Positions 1 through 18,537 of a stretch of DNA of 64,000 bases are shown piece after piece. The number at the start of each line of letters is the position of its first letter. Positions within the stretch are counted from its first letter, which is position 1. The position numbers and the translations under genes were made by a program. The notes under the pieces are model-generated. The model was not told the origin of the DNA and made no database searches. It saw only the letters and a list, made by a program, of their open reading frames with translations. The DNA is from Escherichia coli O157 typing phage 7. The stretch is from the sequence record KP869105. One strand, given 5' to 3'.

Positions 1-92
1 ATTACGTAACGGCGACTATAAGTTCTTCAACTGTCGGTATGAGAGCAGCAGTTAAAGTTATCGCTACGCAGAAAATCGGGGTGGCTCAATAA
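1..92 (+). CDS. 9: baseplate wedge protein gp9, C-terminal fragment (5' end outside window)
   Basis: Open frame from window edge ending ...ATQKIGVAQ with TAA at 90-92 overlapping the next ATG (TAATG); sits directly upstream of gp10 as in T4. Confidence 0.5.
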   Translation, partial: YVTATISSSTVGMRAAVKVIATQKIGVAQ

Positions 93-1897
93 TGAAACAA
101 AATATTAATATCGGTAATGTTGTAGATGATGGTACCGGTGACTACCTGCGTAAAGGTGGTATAAAAATAAATGAAAACTTTGATGAGCTTTATTATGAAC
201 TCGGTGATGGTAATGTTCCATATTCAGCCGGTGCTTGGAAAACTTATAATGCTTCATCTGGGCAAACATTAAAAGCTGAATGGGGAAAATCATACGCTAT
301 TAATACTTCGTCTGGAAGAGTAACACTGCAACTTCCTAAAGGAACTGTTAATGATTATAATAAAGTAATTAGAGCTAGGGATGTATTTGCAACATGGAAT
401 GTTAATCCAGTTACTTTAGTAGCCGCTTCTGGTGATACTATCAAAGGATCATCGTCATCGGTTGAAATTAACGTTCAATTTAGTGATTTAGAGCTAGTTT
501 ATTGCGCTCCGGGCCGTTGGGAATATGTCAAAAATAAACAAATTGACAAAATTATTAGTTCAGACATTAGCAATGTAGCTCGTAAAGAATTTTTAGTCGA
601 AGTTCAAGGACAAACAGACTTTTTAGATATTTTCCGTGGAACTAGTTATAATGTTAATAACATCAGAGTAAAACACCGCGGTAATGAATTGTATTACGGC
701 GATGTTTTTAGCGAAAATAGCGACTTTGGTTCTCCTGGAGAAAATGAAGGCGAATTAGTTCCTCTTGATGGATTTAATATTCGATTAAGACAGCCTTGTA
801 ATATTGGTGACACTGTTCAAATTGAAACATTTATGGATGGTGTATCACAATGGAGAAGTTCATATACAAGACGCCAAATAAAAGTATTAGATTCAAAATT
901 AACGTCAAAAACTTCTTTAGAAGGAAGTATTTACGTTACTGATTTATCAACAATGAAATCAATTCCATTCTCTGCATTTGGATTAATTCCTGGAGAACCT
1001 ATTAATCCTAATTCTCTTGAAGTTCGTTTTAATGGAATTTTACAACAACAAGCTGGAACAGCTGGATATCCTCTGTTTTTGTGTGAAGGCGCTAGTTCAG
1101 ATACGCAAGAAGGATGTATATCTCTTGGTGGTGAATGGAAAGAATCAAACACAGATTATTCTATAGAATATGAAGATGGAAAACCTACCAGTCTTTTATT
1201 TGATAGAAAATTTGAATCAGGCGATATAATCGTTATAACGTGGTTCAATAATGATTTAGGAACTCTTTTAGAAAAAGATGACATCATTGAATTGACTGAT
1301 GACCGTTATGTTAGCAAAGGATCATCTACCGAAGTTACTGGTGATGTAGCCTTAACAGATTTTGATAAAATCGGTTGGCCAAATGTTGAAAAAGTTGATT
1401 CTTATACTAGAACGTATAATTCAATATCATCTATTTTCGATAGCATTTATCCTGTAGGTTCAATTTATGAAAATGCTATAAATCCAAATAATCCGGTGAC
1501 TTATATGGGATTTGGTTCATGGAAATTATTTGGTAAAGGACAAGTTTTAGTAGGATGGAATGATGATGTTACGGATCCAAACTTTGCTTTAAACAATAAT
1601 GATTTAGATTCTAGCGGAAATCCTTCACATACTGCCGGTGGAACAGTTGGAACAACATCAGTAACGCTTGAAAACGCAAATCTTCCTGCAACTAAAACTG
1701 ATGAAAAAGTTTTAATTGAAGATGAAAACGGATCAGTTATTATTGGAGGTTGTCAATATGACCCAGACGAAACTGGTCCTATATATACAAAATATCGTGA
1801 AGACTACGCAACAACAAACTCTTCACATACTCCTCCTGCTAATATTAGTAATATTCAACCGTCTATTACTGTATACCGTTGGATAAGGATTGCATAA
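92..1897 (+). CDS. 10: baseplate wedge subunit and tail pin gp10
   Basis: 601 aa (T4 gp10 about 602 aa from memory); synteny 9-10-11-12-wac; TAATG coupling at both ends. Confidence 0.9.
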   Translation: MKQNINIGNVVDDGTGDYLRKGGIKINENFDELYYELGDGNVPYSAGAWKTYNASSGQTLKAEWGKSYAINTSSGRVTLQLPKGTVNDYNKVIRARDVFATWNVNPVTLVAASGDTIKGSSSSVEINVQFSDLELVYCAPGRWEYVKNKQIDKIISSDISNVARKEFLVEVQGQTDFLDIFRGTSYNVNNIRVKHRGNELYYGDVFSENSDFGSPGENEGELVPLDGFNIRLRQPCNIGDTVQIETFMDGVSQWRSSYTRRQIKVLDSKLTSKTSLEGSIYVTDLSTMKSIPFSAFGLIPGEPINPNSLEVRFNGILQQQAGTAGYPLFLCEGASSDTQEGCISLGGEWKESNTDYSIEYEDGKPTSLLFDRKFESGDIIVITWFNNDLGTLLEKDDIIELTDDRYVSKGSSTEVTGDVALTDFDKIGWPNVEKVDSYTRTYNSISSIFDSIYPVGSIYENAINPNNPVTYMGFGSWKLFGKGQVLVGWNDDVTDPNFALNNNDLDSSGNPSHTAGGTVGTTSVTLENANLPATKTDEKVLIEDENGSVIIGGCQYDPDETGPIYTKYREDYATTNSSHTPPANISNIQPSITVYRWIRIA

Positions 1898-2556
1898 TGA
1901 GTTTACTTAATAATAAAGCGGGAGTTATTTCCCGCTTAGCAGATTTTCTTGGTTTTAGAACTAAGAAAAATGATATTTCGGTTATGAATAATCAGCCAGT
2001 AGGTGCTGTAACAATTTCACAAATAGCAAAAGGTTTTTATGACCCAAATGTAGAATCTGCTATTAATGATGTTAGAAATATGGCAGAGCAACAGGTTGGA
2101 GCTGTATTAGTTAATATAAGCGGCGTATCTCCTACTGGAGTGCAACAAACAGACTACTGGTCATTTGAAGGAACTGTCAATGATACTTCAGCCAAACCGG
2201 GTGACACAGTTATTGTTAACATGTTTGGTATTCCAGTTAAAGCTACTAATGGAATGACTTCAATCGAATTTACCAGTGCCGTTAGAACAGCTCTACAGGA
2301 AATGGTTGCAAAATTTATTGCAATTGATTCATTTGAAGACCATCCTACCATAGGAAATAAAATACAAGTTAAGTATTTAGATAACCAAGAACATATCTTA
2401 GAACAATACTCTGATAAAGGAATTACTTTCAAACAAGAAATAATTTCTCCTTCTAAACCTGGATACGGAACTTGGCAATTATTAGGTGCGCAAACTGTCA
2501 CGCTAGATAGTCACACACAACCTACGGTATTTTATTATTTTGAGAGAATAGCATGA
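1897..2556 (+). CDS. 11: baseplate wedge subunit and tail pin gp11
   Basis: Track ORF trimmed to the ATG at 1897 (MSLLNNKAG...), giving 219 aa as in T4 gp11; overlaps gp10 stop (TAATG). Confidence 0.9.
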   Translation: MSLLNNKAGVISRLADFLGFRTKKNDISVMNNQPVGAVTISQIAKGFYDPNVESAINDVRNMAEQQVGAVLVNISGVSPTGVQQTDYWSFEGTVNDTSAKPGDTVIVNMFGIPVKATNGMTSIEFTSAVRTALQEMVAKFIAIDSFEDHPTIGNKIQVKYLDNQEHILEQYSDKGITFKQEIISPSKPGYGTWQLLGAQTVTLDSHTQPTVFYYFERIA

Positions 2557-4103
2557 GTAACAATACATATCAGCACGTATCAAATGAATCAAAATACGTT
2601 AAATTCGATCCTGCAGGATCGAATTTTCCTGACACTGTCACGACAGTGCAGTCTGCATTATCAAAAATAAGTAATATCGGCGTAAATGGTATTCCTGATG
2701 CAACTATGGAAGTTAAAGGAATAGCAATGATTGCGTCAGAGCAAGAGGTTTTAGATGGAACTAATAATTCTAAAATCGTTACACCAGCTACATTAGCAAC
2801 AAGATTATTGTATCCAAATGCTACTGAAACTAAGTATGGTTTAACGCGCTATTCAACAAATGAAGAAACATTAGAAGGCTCAGATAATAATTCATCAATA
2901 ACGCCGCAAAAACTGAAATACCATACTGACGATGTGTTCCAAAATAGATATTCGTCTGAGTCATCAAACGGGGTTATTAAAATATCATCTACACCTGCAG
3001 CTTTAGCTGGAGTAGATGATACTACGGCAATGACTCCGCTAAAAACACAAAAACTTGCAATAAAATTAATTTCGCAAATAGCTCCTTCAGAAGACACAGC
3101 ATCAGAATCTGTTAGAGGCGTAGTTCAGTTATCAACTGTCGCTCAAACTCGTCAAGGAACTCTTCGCGAAGGATATGCAATTTCCCCGTATACCTTTATG
3201 AATTCTGTTGCAACACAAGAATATAAGGGTGTTATACGTTTAGGAACGCAATCGGAAATTAACAGTAATTTGGGAGATGTTGCTGTAACAGGTGAAACAT
3301 TAAATGGTCGAGGAGCTACCGGTTCTATGCGTGGGGTAGTAAAATTAACGACGCAAGCCGGTATTGCCCCTGAAGGTGATAGCTCTGGAGCATTAGCATG
3401 GAACGCAGATGTAATTAATACTCGCGGTGGACAAACTATTAATGGTTCTTTAAATTTAGATCATTTAACAGCAAATGGAATTTGGTCACGCGGCGGAATG
3501 TGGAAAAATGGCGATCAACCTGTTGCCACTGAAAGATATGCGTCCGAAAGGGTTCCAGTTGGAACTATTATGATGTTTGCTGGAGATTCAGCTCCTCCTG
3601 GTTGGATTATGTGCCATGGTGGAACTGTGTCAGGAGATCAATATCCTGATTATAGAAACACAGTTGGAACGAGATTTGGTGGCGATTGGAATAATCCTGG
3701 CATTCCTGATATGCGAGGTCTTTTCGTCAGAGGAGCTGGTACTGGTGGTCATATTTTAAATCAACGAGGGCAAGATGGTTACGGGAAGGATAGACTTGGT
3801 GTAGGATGTGACGGAATGCATGTTGGCGGTGTTCAAGCACAACAGATGTCATACCATAAACATGCTGGCGGTTGGGGAGAATACCAAAGACATGAAGCTC
3901 CATTTGGCGCGTCCGTTTATCAAGGATATCTTGGAACTAGAAAATATGCCGACTGGGATAATGCTTCATACTTCACTAATGATGGATTTGAATTAGGTGG
4001 ACCGAGAGATGCCCTTGGTACACTTAATCGTGAAGGATTAATTGGTTATGAAACTAGACCATGGAATATATCATTAAACTATATTATTAAAATTCATTAC
4101 TAA
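2553..4103 (+). CDS. 12: short tail fiber protein gp12
   Basis: 516 aa; ATGA overlap with gp11; N-terminus [29 protein letters not shown] as recalled for T4 gp12; follows gp11 and precedes wac. Confidence 0.9.
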   Translation: MSNNTYQHVSNESKYVKFDPAGSNFPDTVTTVQSALSKISNIGVNGIPDATMEVKGIAMIASEQEVLDGTNNSKIVTPATLATRLLYPNATETKYGLTRYSTNEETLEGSDNNSSITPQKLKYHTDDVFQNRYSSESSNGVIKISSTPAALAGVDDTTAMTPLKTQKLAIKLISQIAPSEDTASESVRGVVQLSTVAQTRQGTLREGYAISPYTFMNSVATQEYKGVIRLGTQSEINSNLGDVAVTGETLNGRGATGSMRGVVKLTTQAGIAPEGDSSGALAWNADVINTRGGQTINGSLNLDHLTANGIWSRGGMWKNGDQPVATERYASERVPVGTIMMFAGDSAPPGWIMCHGGTVSGDQYPDYRNTVGTRFGGDWNNPGIPDMRGLFVRGAGTGGHILNQRGQDGYGKDRLGVGCDGMHVGGVQAQQMSYHKHAGGWGEYQRHEAPFGASVYQGYLGTRKYADWDNASYFTNDGFELGGPRDALGTLNREGLIGYETRPWNISLNYIIKIHY

Positions 4104-4112
4104 GGATTACAA

Positions 4113-5570
4113 ATGATTGAATTAAAAGATTTACCTTTTGTTGATAGCGTTCCTGGCGAAGGTCAGGAACGTATTTCATGGATTAAAAATGGTGAAGAAA
4201 TACTAGGAGCTAGTACTAAGTATGGAAACGATGGATCAATGAATAGACCAACTGTGTCCGTATTTAAAAATGTTGAGGTTCTTGATGAAAATATAGGAAT
4301 TCTTAAAACTGCCGTTGAAACATCACAGGAAGATATTAAAACAATTCAAGGCATTTTGGATGTATCTGGAGATATCGAAGCACTATCACAGATTAGCGTT
4401 AATAAAAATGACATATCAAATTTAAAGACGCTTACGAATGAACACACTGATATATTAAATGGTACAAATACTACGGTTGATAATATTCTTTCTGATATTG
4501 GTCCATTTAATTCGCAAGCAAATTCAGTTTATAGAACGATTAGAAATGATTTGTTATGGATTAAAAGGGAATTAGGACAATATGCTGGGCAAGATATTAA
4601 TGGTCTTCCTGTTGTAGGAAATAGCAGCACGGGGATGAAGCACCGTATCATTAATAATACAGATGCTATAACTTCCCAAGGAATACGTCTAAGTGATTTG
4701 GAAGAAAAATTTATTGAATCTGATGTAGGTTCACTGACAATTGAAGTCGGAAATCTTAGACAAGAACTTGGACAAAGACCATCTTCATTTAGTGAAAGCA
4801 TATATTCACGTGTGCATAATTTAGATCAATCACAGATTAATCTTAGTTCCGAAATTAAATCTATCAAAACTTCTATTGGATATCCAGGAAATACTTCAAT
4901 AATCACAGATGTCAATGTCAACAGTCAAGAAATTTCAGCTTTAAATGATGAACTAAATAAAAGTGGCGGCGTTAAACAGCGATTAACTGTTATTGAAACA
5001 TCGATTGGTTCAGATGATATTCCTTCTAGTATTAAAGGTCAAATTAAAGATAATACCACTTCTATTGAATCTTTAAATGGAATTGTAGGTGAAAACACCT
5101 CGTCCGGTTTAAGAGCTAACGTTTCATGGCTAAATCAGATAGTTGGAACTGATTCTAGCGGAGGTCAACCTTCTCCTCCGGGGTCTCTTTTAAATAGAGT
5201 TTCAACTGTTGAAACCTCTGTTAATAGACTTAACAATGATGTTCAAAACTTACAGGTTGAAATTGGTAATAACAATTCCGGAATTAAAGGGCAAGTTGTA
5301 ACACTAAATAAATTAGTAAATGGAACAAATCCGAATGGTTCAACTGTCGAAGAACGCGGATTGACTAATTCAATAAAAGCTAATGAGACTAACATTTCTT
5401 CAATTAATCAAGAGATTCGTAGTATTAAAGGTAATGTGTCCTCATTGCAGAGGGATGTCCAGACTTTACAAGAAGCTGGTTATATTCCTGAAGCTCCAAA
5501 AGATGGTCAAGCTTACGTTCGTAAAGACGGCGAATGGGTATTGCTTTCTACCTTTTTATCACCAGCATAA
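4113..5570 (+). CDS. wac: fibritin (whisker, neck fibre)
   Basis: 485 aa; long coiled-coil-like body and C-terminal foldon [27 protein letters not shown]. Confidence 0.95.
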   Translation: MIELKDLPFVDSVPGEGQERISWIKNGEEILGASTKYGNDGSMNRPTVSVFKNVEVLDENIGILKTAVETSQEDIKTIQGILDVSGDIEALSQISVNKNDISNLKTLTNEHTDILNGTNTTVDNILSDIGPFNSQANSVYRTIRNDLLWIKRELGQYAGQDINGLPVVGNSSTGMKHRIINNTDAITSQGIRLSDLEEKFIESDVGSLTIEVGNLRQELGQRPSSFSESIYSRVHNLDQSQINLSSEIKSIKTSIGYPGNTSIITDVNVNSQEISALNDELNKSGGVKQRLTVIETSIGSDDIPSSIKGQIKDNTTSIESLNGIVGENTSSGLRANVSWLNQIVGTDSSGGQPSPPGSLLNRVSTVETSVNRLNNDVQNLQVEIGNNNSGIKGQVVTLNKLVNGTNPNGSTVEERGLTNSIKANETNISSINQEIRSIKGNVSSLQRDVQTLQEAGYIPEAPKDGQAYVRKDGEWVLLSTFLSPA

Positions 5571-5573
5571 CAT

Positions 5574-5587
5574 GGGCCGCAAGGCCC
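5574..5587 (+). other. GC stem-loop with GNRA-type loop after wac
   Basis: GGGCC-GCAA-GGCCC; no clear T-run, so not called a terminator. Confidence 0.4.
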
Positions 5588-5600
5588 TAAAGGATTTTAA

Positions 5601-7302
<1,702 letters not shown>

Positions 7303-7343
7303 TAAATATTATAAACTAATTAAAGCCCAGATTAGGAGAAATC

Positions 7344-10481
<3,138 letters not shown>

Positions 10482-10512
10482 ATATATTAAAGCATATTAA
10501 AGAGGATTAAAA

Positions 10513-12492
10513 ATGACTTTATTATCTCCGGGCATTGAGCTCAAAGAAACTACGGTTCAAAGCACCGTGGTTAATAACTCTACTGGTACAGCAGCTTTGG
10601 CCGGTAAATTCCAGTGGGGTCCTGCTTTTCAGATTAAACAGGTTACAAATGAAGTAGATTTAGTTAATACTTTTGGTCAACCAACCGCTGAAACTGCTGA
10701 CTATTTTATGTCTGCGATGAATTTCTTGCAGTACGGAAATGACTTACGAGTAGTTCGTGCTGTTGATAGAGATACCGCTAAAAACTCATCGCCAATTGCT
10801 GGTAATATTGAATACACAATTTCTACCCCGGGTAGTAACTATGCAGTTGGAGATAAAATCACGGTCAAATATGTTTCAGATGATATTGAAACTGAAGGTA
10901 AAATTACCGAAGTAGACGCAGATGGAAAAATTAAGAAAATTAATATTCCTACTGCAAAAATTATTGCTAAAGCTAAAGAAGTTGGCGAATACCCAACATT
11001 AGGTTCTAACTGGACTGCAGAAATTTCTTCATCTTCTTCCGGTTTAGCTGCAGTAATAACTCTTGGAAAAATTATTACTGATTCCGGTATTTTATTAGCT
11101 GAAATCGAGAGCGCTGAAACTGCTATGACAGCAGTTGATTTTCAGGCAAATCTTGAAAAATATGGAATTCCAGGAGTAGTAGCTCTCTATCCAGGCGAAT
11201 TAGGCGATAAAATTGAAATTGAAATCGTATCTAAAGCTGACTATGCGAAAGGCGCTTCTGCATTACTGCCAATTTATCCAGGTGGTGGTACTCGTGCATC
11301 TACTGCCAAGGCAGTATTTGGATATGGGCCGCAGACTGACTCACAGTACGCTATTATAGTTCGTCGAAATGATGCTATTGTTCAAAGCGTTGTTCTTTCA
11401 ACTAAGCGTGGTGAAAAAGATATTTACGATAGTAACATCTATATCGATGACTTTTTCGCAAAAGGTGGTTCAGAATATATTTTTGCAACTGCACAAAACT
11501 GGCCAGAAGGATTCTCTGGAATTTTAACTCTTTCTGGTGGATTATCATCAAATGCTGAAGTAACAGCAGGAGATTTGATGGAAGCTTGGGACTTCTTTGC
11601 TGACCGTGAATCCGTTGATGTTCAACTGTTTATTGCGGGTTCTTGTGCCGGTGAATCTTTGGAAACAGCATCTACTGTCCAAAAACACGTCGTTTCAATT
11701 GGTGATGCTCGCCAGGATTGCTTAGTATTGTGCTCACCACCGCGTGAAACTGTAGTTGGAATTCCTGTAACCCGTGCTGTTGACAACTTAGTCAATTGGA
11801 GAACTGCCGCAGGTTCATATACTGATAATAACTTTAATATTAGTTCAACCTACGCAGCAATTGATGGTAACTACAAATATCAGTATGACAAATATAATGA
11901 TGTGAATCGTTGGGTTCCATTAGCAGCTGATATTGCTGGTTTATGCGCAAGAACTGATAACGTATCTCAGACTTGGATGTCACCAGCTGGTTATAATCGT
12001 GGCCAGATTCTTAACGTTATTAAACTTGCTATTGAAACTCGCCAGGCACAACGTGACCGCTTATATCAAGAAGCTATCAACCCAGTAACTGGTACAGGTG
12101 GTGATGGTTACGTATTGTATGGTGATAAAACAGCTACTTCTGTTCCTTCTCCATTTGATCGTATTAACGTTCGTCGTCTGTTTAATATGTTGAAAACGAA
12201 TATCGGACGTAGTTCAAAATATCGTTTGTTCGAATTAAACAACGCGTTTACTCGTTCTTCATTCCGTACAGAAACTGCTCAGTACTTGCAAGGAATTAAA
12301 GCTCTTGGCGGAATTTATGAATATCGTGTAGTTTGCGATACAACAAATAACACTCCGTCAGTAATTGATAGAAATGAATTTGTTGCAACATTCTACATCC
12401 AACCGGCGCGCAGTATAAATTATATCCAGCTTAACTTCGTTGCGACTGCTACTGGTGCAGATTTCGATGAGTTAACTGGTCTTGCTGGTTAA
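10513..12492 (+). CDS. 18: tail sheath protein gp18
   Basis: 659 aa as in T4 gp18; synteny. Confidence 0.95.
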   Translation: MTLLSPGIELKETTVQSTVVNNSTGTAALAGKFQWGPAFQIKQVTNEVDLVNTFGQPTAETADYFMSAMNFLQYGNDLRVVRAVDRDTAKNSSPIAGNIEYTISTPGSNYAVGDKITVKYVSDDIETEGKITEVDADGKIKKINIPTAKIIAKAKEVGEYPTLGSNWTAEISSSSSGLAAVITLGKIITDSGILLAEIESAETAMTAVDFQANLEKYGIPGVVALYPGELGDKIEIEIVSKADYAKGASALLPIYPGGGTRASTAKAVFGYGPQTDSQYAIIVRRNDAIVQSVVLSTKRGEKDIYDSNIYIDDFFAKGGSEYIFATAQNWPEGFSGILTLSGGLSSNAEVTAGDLMEAWDFFADRESVDVQLFIAGSCAGESLETASTVQKHVVSIGDARQDCLVLCSPPRETVVGIPVTRAVDNLVNWRTAAGSYTDNNFNISSTYAAIDGNYKYQYDKYNDVNRWVPLAADIAGLCARTDNVSQTWMSPAGYNRGQILNVIKLAIETRQAQRDRLYQEAINPVTGTGGDGYVLYGDKTATSVPSPFDRINVRRLFNMLKTNIGRSSKYRLFELNNAFTRSSFRTETAQYLQGIKALGGIYEYRVVCDTTNNTPSVIDRNEFVATFYIQPARSINYIQLNFVATATGADFDELTGLAG

Positions 12493-12508
12493 TACGGTGC
12501 ATTCTAAA

Positions 12509-12526
12509 GGCCTGTTTCGACAGGCC
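12509..12526 (+). other. stem-loop after gene 18
   Basis: GGCCTG-TTTCGA-CAGGCC directly before the late promoter boxes. Confidence 0.4.
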
Positions 12527-12527
12527 A

Positions 12528-12535
12528 TATAAATA
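12528..12535 (+). promoter_or_regulatory. T4 late promoter box TATAAATA (upstream of gene 19)
   Basis: Exact TATAAATA in intergenic region. Confidence 0.6.
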
Positions 12536-12586
12536 CACTATATCCTTAATTCTTTAATTCTATATGCCCTAGGTTAAACATAGGGA

Positions 12587-12594
12587 TATAAATA
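12587..12594 (+). promoter_or_regulatory. second T4 late promoter box upstream of gene 19
   Basis: Exact TATAAATA about 15 nt upstream of the gene 19 ATG. Confidence 0.6.
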
Positions 12595-12608
12595 CTACAG
12601 AGGCTAAT

Positions 12609-13100
12609 ATGTTTGTAGATGATGTAACACGAGCGTTTGAATCTGGTGATTTTGCGCGACCTAACTTATTCCAAGTAGAGATTTCTTATCTTGGCCAAAA
12701 TTTTACGTTCCAATGTAAAGCTACTGCTTTACCAGCTGGTATTGTAGAAAAAATTCCAGTCGGATTTATGAACCGTAAAATTAATGTAGCAGGAGACCGT
12801 ACATTCGATGATTGGACTGTTACAGTGATGAATGATGAAGCTCATGATGCTCGTCAGAAGTTTGTTGATTGGCAAAGCATTGCTGCTGGTCAAGGAAACG
12901 AAATTACTGGTGGAAAACCTGCAGAGTATAAAAAGAGCGCTATTGTTCGTCAATATGCTCGTGATGCTAAAACAGTAACAAAAGAAATTGAAATTAAAGG
13001 TCTATGGCCTACTAACGTGGGTGAACTTCAATTAGATTGGGATTCAAACAATGAAATCCAAACATTTGAAGTAACTCTTGCTCTCGATTATTGGGAATAA
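12609..13100 (+). CDS. 19: tail tube protein gp19
   Basis: 163 aa as in T4 gp19; two TATAAATA late promoter boxes upstream. Confidence 0.95.
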   Translation: MFVDDVTRAFESGDFARPNLFQVEISYLGQNFTFQCKATALPAGIVEKIPVGFMNRKINVAGDRTFDDWTVTVMNDEAHDARQKFVDWQSIAAGQGNEITGGKPAEYKKSAIVRQYARDAKTVTKEIEIKGLWPTNVGELQLDWDSNNEIQTFEVTLALDYWE

Positions 13101-13132
13101 AATGAATGGGGAGAAATCCCCATCCTGCTTAA

Positions 13133-14757
<1,625 letters not shown>

Positions 14758-14758
<1 letters not shown>

Positions 14759-14994
14759 TGGAAGGTTTAATTGAAGCTATTAAATCAAACGACCTCGTAG
14801 CCGCTCGTAAATTATTTGCTGAAGCCATGGCTGCAAGAACGACTGATTTAATCAAAGAAGAAAAAATCACTATCGCTCGTAATTTCTTAATCGAGGGTGA
14901 AGAACCTGATGACGAGGATGACGACGAAGATAGCGATGATGATAAAGACGACAAAAAAGACAAAGACTCTGATGAAGACGAGGATGATGAATAA
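14758..14994 (+). CDS. 67: prohead core protein gp67
   Basis: 78 aa; TAATG coupling to gp20; extremely acidic C-terminal tail (D/E run); T4 position between 20 and 68. Confidence 0.85.
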
Positions 14995-15419
14995 TGATTC
15001 TAATCCCTGAAACTCATGAATTAGTTCTCGAGAATGTCGAAGCACTTATTCCTGAAGCACAGGGTCGCTTTGACGAGTTGTCTTCTGCTTTAAATAAAGA
15101 CGATATAAATAAAATTATCGAGAATATGCTTGATGATGAAACTGATTTAGCGGTTGCATTAGCTTCTATTAATGAAAATATGCCGTTAAATGAATTTATC
15201 GTTAAACATGTTTCTGCCCGTGGTGAAATTACTCGCACTAAAGATCGCAAAACCCGCGAACGTAATGCATTTCAAACTACCGGGTTGTCTAAAGCAAAAC
15301 GTAGACAAATTGCTCGTAAAGCTACCAAAACGAAGATTGCCAATCCAGCAGGTCAATCTCGTGCTCAGCGTAAGCGTAAAAAAGCTCTTAAACGCCGTAA
15401 AGCATTAGGATTAAGCTAA
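14994..15419 (+). CDS. 68: prohead core protein gp68
   Basis: 141 aa; TAATG coupling; basic C-terminus; T4 position. Confidence 0.85.
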   Translation: MILIPETHELVLENVEALIPEAQGRFDELSSALNKDDINKIIENMLDDETDLAVALASINENMPLNEFIVKHVSARGEITRTKDRKTRERNAFQTTGLSKAKRRQIARKATKTKIANPAGQSRAQRKRKKALKRRKALGLS

Positions 15420-16057
15420 TGAATGAACCCCAATTGCTAATTGAAACTTGGGGTCAACCTGGCGAAATTATTGATGGTGTGCCAATGCTTGAATCCCATG
15501 ATGGGAAAGACTTAGGTTTAAAACCTGGTTTATACATCGAAGGAATATTCATGCAAGCAGAAGTCGTCAATAGAAATAAACGTCTTTATCCAAAACGTAT
15601 ATTAGAAAAAGCGGTAAAAGACTATATTAATGAGCAAGTTTTAACTAAACAAGCTCTCGGAGAATTAAATCATCCTCCACGCGCTAATGTTGACCCGATG
15701 CAAGCCGCTATCATTATAGAAGATATGTGGTGGAAAGGAAATGACGTATACGGACGAGCTCGTGTTATTGAAGGTGACCATGGTCCTGGAGATAAATTAG
15801 CAGCTAATATTCGTGCCGGATGGATTCCAGGAGTTTCTTCTCGTGGATTAGGTTCATTGACTGACACAAATAAAGGTTATCGTATCGTAAACGAAGGATT
15901 CAAATTAACTGTAGGTGTTGATGCAGTATGGGGTCCAAGTGCTCCAGATGCATGGGTAACTCCTAAGGAAATTACAGAATCACAGACGGCGGAAGCCGAT
16001 ACAAGTGCCGATGACGCCTATATGGCTCTCGCAGAGGCCATGAAAAAAGCGTTATAA
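15419..16057 (+). CDS. 21: prohead core protease gp21
   Basis: 212 aa as in T4 gp21; TAATG coupling to gp68. Confidence 0.9.
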   Translation: MNEPQLLIETWGQPGEIIDGVPMLESHDGKDLGLKPGLYIEGIFMQAEVVNRNKRLYPKRILEKAVKDYINEQVLTKQALGELNHPPRANVDPMQAAIIIEDMWWKGNDVYGRARVIEGDHGPGDKLAANIRAGWIPGVSSRGLGSLTDTNKGYRIVNEGFKLTVGVDAVWGPSAPDAWVTPKEITESQTAEADTSADDAYMALAEAMKKAL

Positions 16058-16087
16058 ATATTATTATCTAAACAACAGGACTACAAA

Positions 16088-16897
16088 ATGCTTAAAGAAC
16101 AACTGATTGCCGAAGCGCAGAAAATTGATGCTTCCGTTGCTCTTGATAGTATTTTCGAATCAGTTAATATTTCTCCGGAAGCAAAAGAAACTTTCGGCAC
16201 TGTATTCGAAGCTACCGTCAAGCAGCACGCCGTTAAATTAGCTGAATCTCATATCGCTAAAATTGCTGAAAAAGCAGAAGAAGAAGTAGAAAAAAATAAA
16301 GAAGAAGCAGAAGAAAAAGCTGAGAAGAAAATCGCTGAGCAAGCTTCTAAATTCCTTGACCATCTTGCAAAAGAATGGCTCACTGAAAATAAATTAGCAG
16401 TAGATAAAGGTATCAAAGCCGAACTGTTTGAATCCATGCTTGGTGGATTGAAAGAGCTCTTCGTTGAACACAACGTTGTTGTTCCAGAAGAATCAGTTGA
16501 TGTTGTAGCTGAAATGGAAGAAGAACTGCAAGAACATAAAGAAGAATCAGCTCGTCTGTTCGAAGAACTCAATAAGCGTGACGCATATATCAATTATGTG
16601 CAGCGTGAAGTGGCATTGAGCGAAAGTACTAAAGATCTGACTGAGTCTCAAAAAGAAAAAGTCTCTGCTCTGGTCGAAGGTATTGATTATTCAGATGCAT
16701 TCTCAAGCAAATTGAGTGCCATCGTAGAAATGGTGAAGAAATCTAATAAAGATGAAAGCACTATTACTGAGAGTATAAATACTCCTGATACTGAAGCAGC
16801 CGGACTGAATTTCGTCACTGAAGCTGTAGAAGATAAATCTGCACAAGGTGCAGAAGATATTGTAAGTGTATATGCGAAAGTCGCATCTCGTTTCTAA
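16088..16897 (+). CDS. 22: prohead core scaffold protein gp22
   Basis: 269 aa; acidic, helix-rich (E/K rich); T4 position; carries the late promoter box for gene 23 near its 3' end. Confidence 0.9.
   Translation: MLKEQLIAEAQKIDASVALDSIFESVNISPEAKETFGTVFEATVKQHAVKLAESHIAKIAEKAEEEVEKNKEEAEEKAEKKIAEQASKFLDHLAKEWLTENKLAVDKGIKAELFESMLGGLKELFVEHNVVVPEESVDVVAEMEEELQEHKEESARLFEELNKRDAYINYVQREVALSESTKDLTESQKEKVSALVEGIDYSDAFSSKLSAIVEMVKKSNKDESTITESINTPDTEAAGLNFVTEAVEDKSAQGAEDIVSVYAKVASRF
16774..16781 (+). promoter_or_regulatory. T4 late promoter box inside 3' end of gene 22 (gene 23)
   Basis: Exact TATAAATA about 135 nt upstream of the gene 23 ATG. Confidence 0.5.
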
Positions 16898-16915
16898 TTT
16901 TAAAGGTTAACACAA

Positions 16916-18481
16916 ATGACTATCAAAACTAAAGCTGAACTTTTGAACAAATGGAAGCCATTACTGGAAGGTGAAGGTTTACCGGAAATTGCTAATAGCA
17001 AACAAGCGATTATCGCTAAAATCTTTGAAAACCAGGAAAAAGATTTCCAGACAGCTCCGGAATATAAAGACGAAAAAATTGCTCAGGCATTCGGTTCTTT
17101 CTTAACAGAAGCTGAAATCGGTGGTGACCACGGTTACAATGCTACCAACATCGCTGCAGGTCAGACTTCTGGCGCAGTAACTCAGATTGGCCCAGCTGTT
17201 ATGGGTATGGTACGTCGTGCCATTCCTAACCTGATTGCTTTCGATATTTGCGGTGTTCAGCCAATGAACAGCCCGACTGGCCAGGTATTCGCGCTGCGCG
17301 CAGTATATGGTAAAGATCCAATCGCTTCCGGCGCTAAAGAAGCATTCCACCCAATGTATGGTCCAGATGCAATGTTCTCTGGTCAGGGTGCTGCTAAGAA
17401 ATTCGCTGCTTTGAAAGCAAGTGATACTCTTGAAGTCGGAACTATTTACACTCACTTCTTCCAGGACACTGGTACTGTGTATCTGCAAGCTACAGAAGTT
17501 AAGCAAATTGATACTAGTGCAAATGATGCAGCTAAATTAGATGCTGAAATCAAGAAACAAATGGAAGCTGGTGTACTGGTAGAAATCGCTGAAGGTATGG
17601 CTACTTCTATCGCTGAACTTCAGGAAGGTTTCAATGGTTCTACCGATAACCCATGGAATGAAATGGGCTTCCGTATCGATAAACAAGTTATCGAAGCTAA
17701 ATCTCGCCAGCTGAAAGCTGCTTACTCTATCGAATTAGCACAAGACCTCCGCGCTGTTCATGGTATGGATGCTGATGCTGAACTGTCTGGTATTCTGGCT
17801 ACCGAAATTATGCTGGAAATCAACCGTGAAGTTGTTGATTGGATTAACTACTCAGCACAGGTTGGTAAATCTGGTATGACCCTGACTCCGGGTTCTAAAG
17901 CTGGTGTATTTGACTTCCAGGACCCAATCGATATTCGTGGTGCTCGCTGGGCTGGTGAATCCTTTAAAGCTCTGTTGTTCCAGATTGATAAAGAAGCAGT
18001 TGAAATCGCTCGTCAGACCGGTCGTGGTGAAGGTAACTTCATTATCGCTTCCCGTAACGTAGTTAACGTTCTGGCTTCAGTTGATACCGGCATTTCTTAT
18101 GCTGCACAGGGTCTGGCAACTGGCTTTAACACTGATACTACCAAGTCAGTATTTGCTGGTGTTCTGGGTGGTAAATACCGTGTATATATCGACCAGTATG
18201 CTAAACAGGATTATTTCACTGTAGGTTATAAAGGTCCGAACGAAATGGATGCTGGTATTTACTACGCTCCATATGTAGCTCTGACTCCACTGCGTGGTTC
18301 TGATCCGAAGAACTTCCAACCAGTAATGGGATTCAAAACTCGTTACGGTATCGGTATCAACCCATTTGCAGAATCCGCTGCTCAGGCTCCGGCTTCTCGC
18401 ATTCAGAGCGGTATGCCTTCTATCCTGAACAGCCTTGGTAAGAACGCTTACTTCCGCCGTGTATATGTTAAAGGTATCTAA
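16916..18481 (+). CDS. 23: major capsid protein gp23
   Basis: 521 aa as in T4 gp23; followed by strong hairpin terminator. Confidence 0.95.
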   Translation: MTIKTKAELLNKWKPLLEGEGLPEIANSKQAIIAKIFENQEKDFQTAPEYKDEKIAQAFGSFLTEAEIGGDHGYNATNIAAGQTSGAVTQIGPAVMGMVRRAIPNLIAFDICGVQPMNSPTGQVFALRAVYGKDPIASGAKEAFHPMYGPDAMFSGQGAAKKFAALKASDTLEVGTIYTHFFQDTGTVYLQATEVKQIDTSANDAAKLDAEIKKQMEAGVLVEIAEGMATSIAELQEGFNGSTDNPWNEMGFRIDKQVIEAKSRQLKAAYSIELAQDLRAVHGMDADAELSGILATEIMLEINREVVDWINYSAQVGKSGMTLTPGSKAGVFDFQDPIDIRGARWAGESFKALLFQIDKEAVEIARQTGRGEGNFIIASRNVVNVLASVDTGISYAAQGLATGFNTDTTKSVFAGVLGGKYRVYIDQYAKQDYFTVGYKGPNEMDAGIYYAPYVALTPLRGSDPKNFQPVMGFKTRYGIGINPFAESAAQAPASRIQSGMPSILNSLGKNAYFRRVYVKGI

Positions 18482-18496
18482 TCTTTGACGATTTAA

Positions 18497-18520
18497 GGGA
18501 CCTTCGGGTCCCTTTAGTTG
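18497..18520 (+). terminator. intrinsic terminator after gene 23
   Basis: GGGACC-TTCG-GGTCCC hairpin followed by a T-rich run. Confidence 0.65.
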
Positions 18521-18529
18521 TTTTTATGG

Positions 18530-18537
18530 TATAAATA
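18530..18537 (+). promoter_or_regulatory. T4 late promoter box (gene 24)
   Basis: Exact TATAAATA between the gene 23 terminator and the gene 24 ATG. Confidence 0.6.

Noticed and set aside
105-293. Antisense ORFs of 60-134 aa inside the structural genes (e.g. 105-293, 931-1152, 2154-2501, 16249-16593, 17102-17506, 22308-22718 and 23206-23562 antisense to hoc/inh, 37592-38052 antisense to alt)
   Set aside because: They lie wholly within well-supported genes on the opposite strand, lack Shine-Dalgarno sequences, and are expected by chance in AT-rich DNA
14900-14994. Acidic low-complexity run ([28 protein letters not shown]) at the end of gene 67 as a possible simple repeat element
   Set aside because: It is in frame and forms the acidic tail of the small prohead core protein; compositional bias of a real coding region
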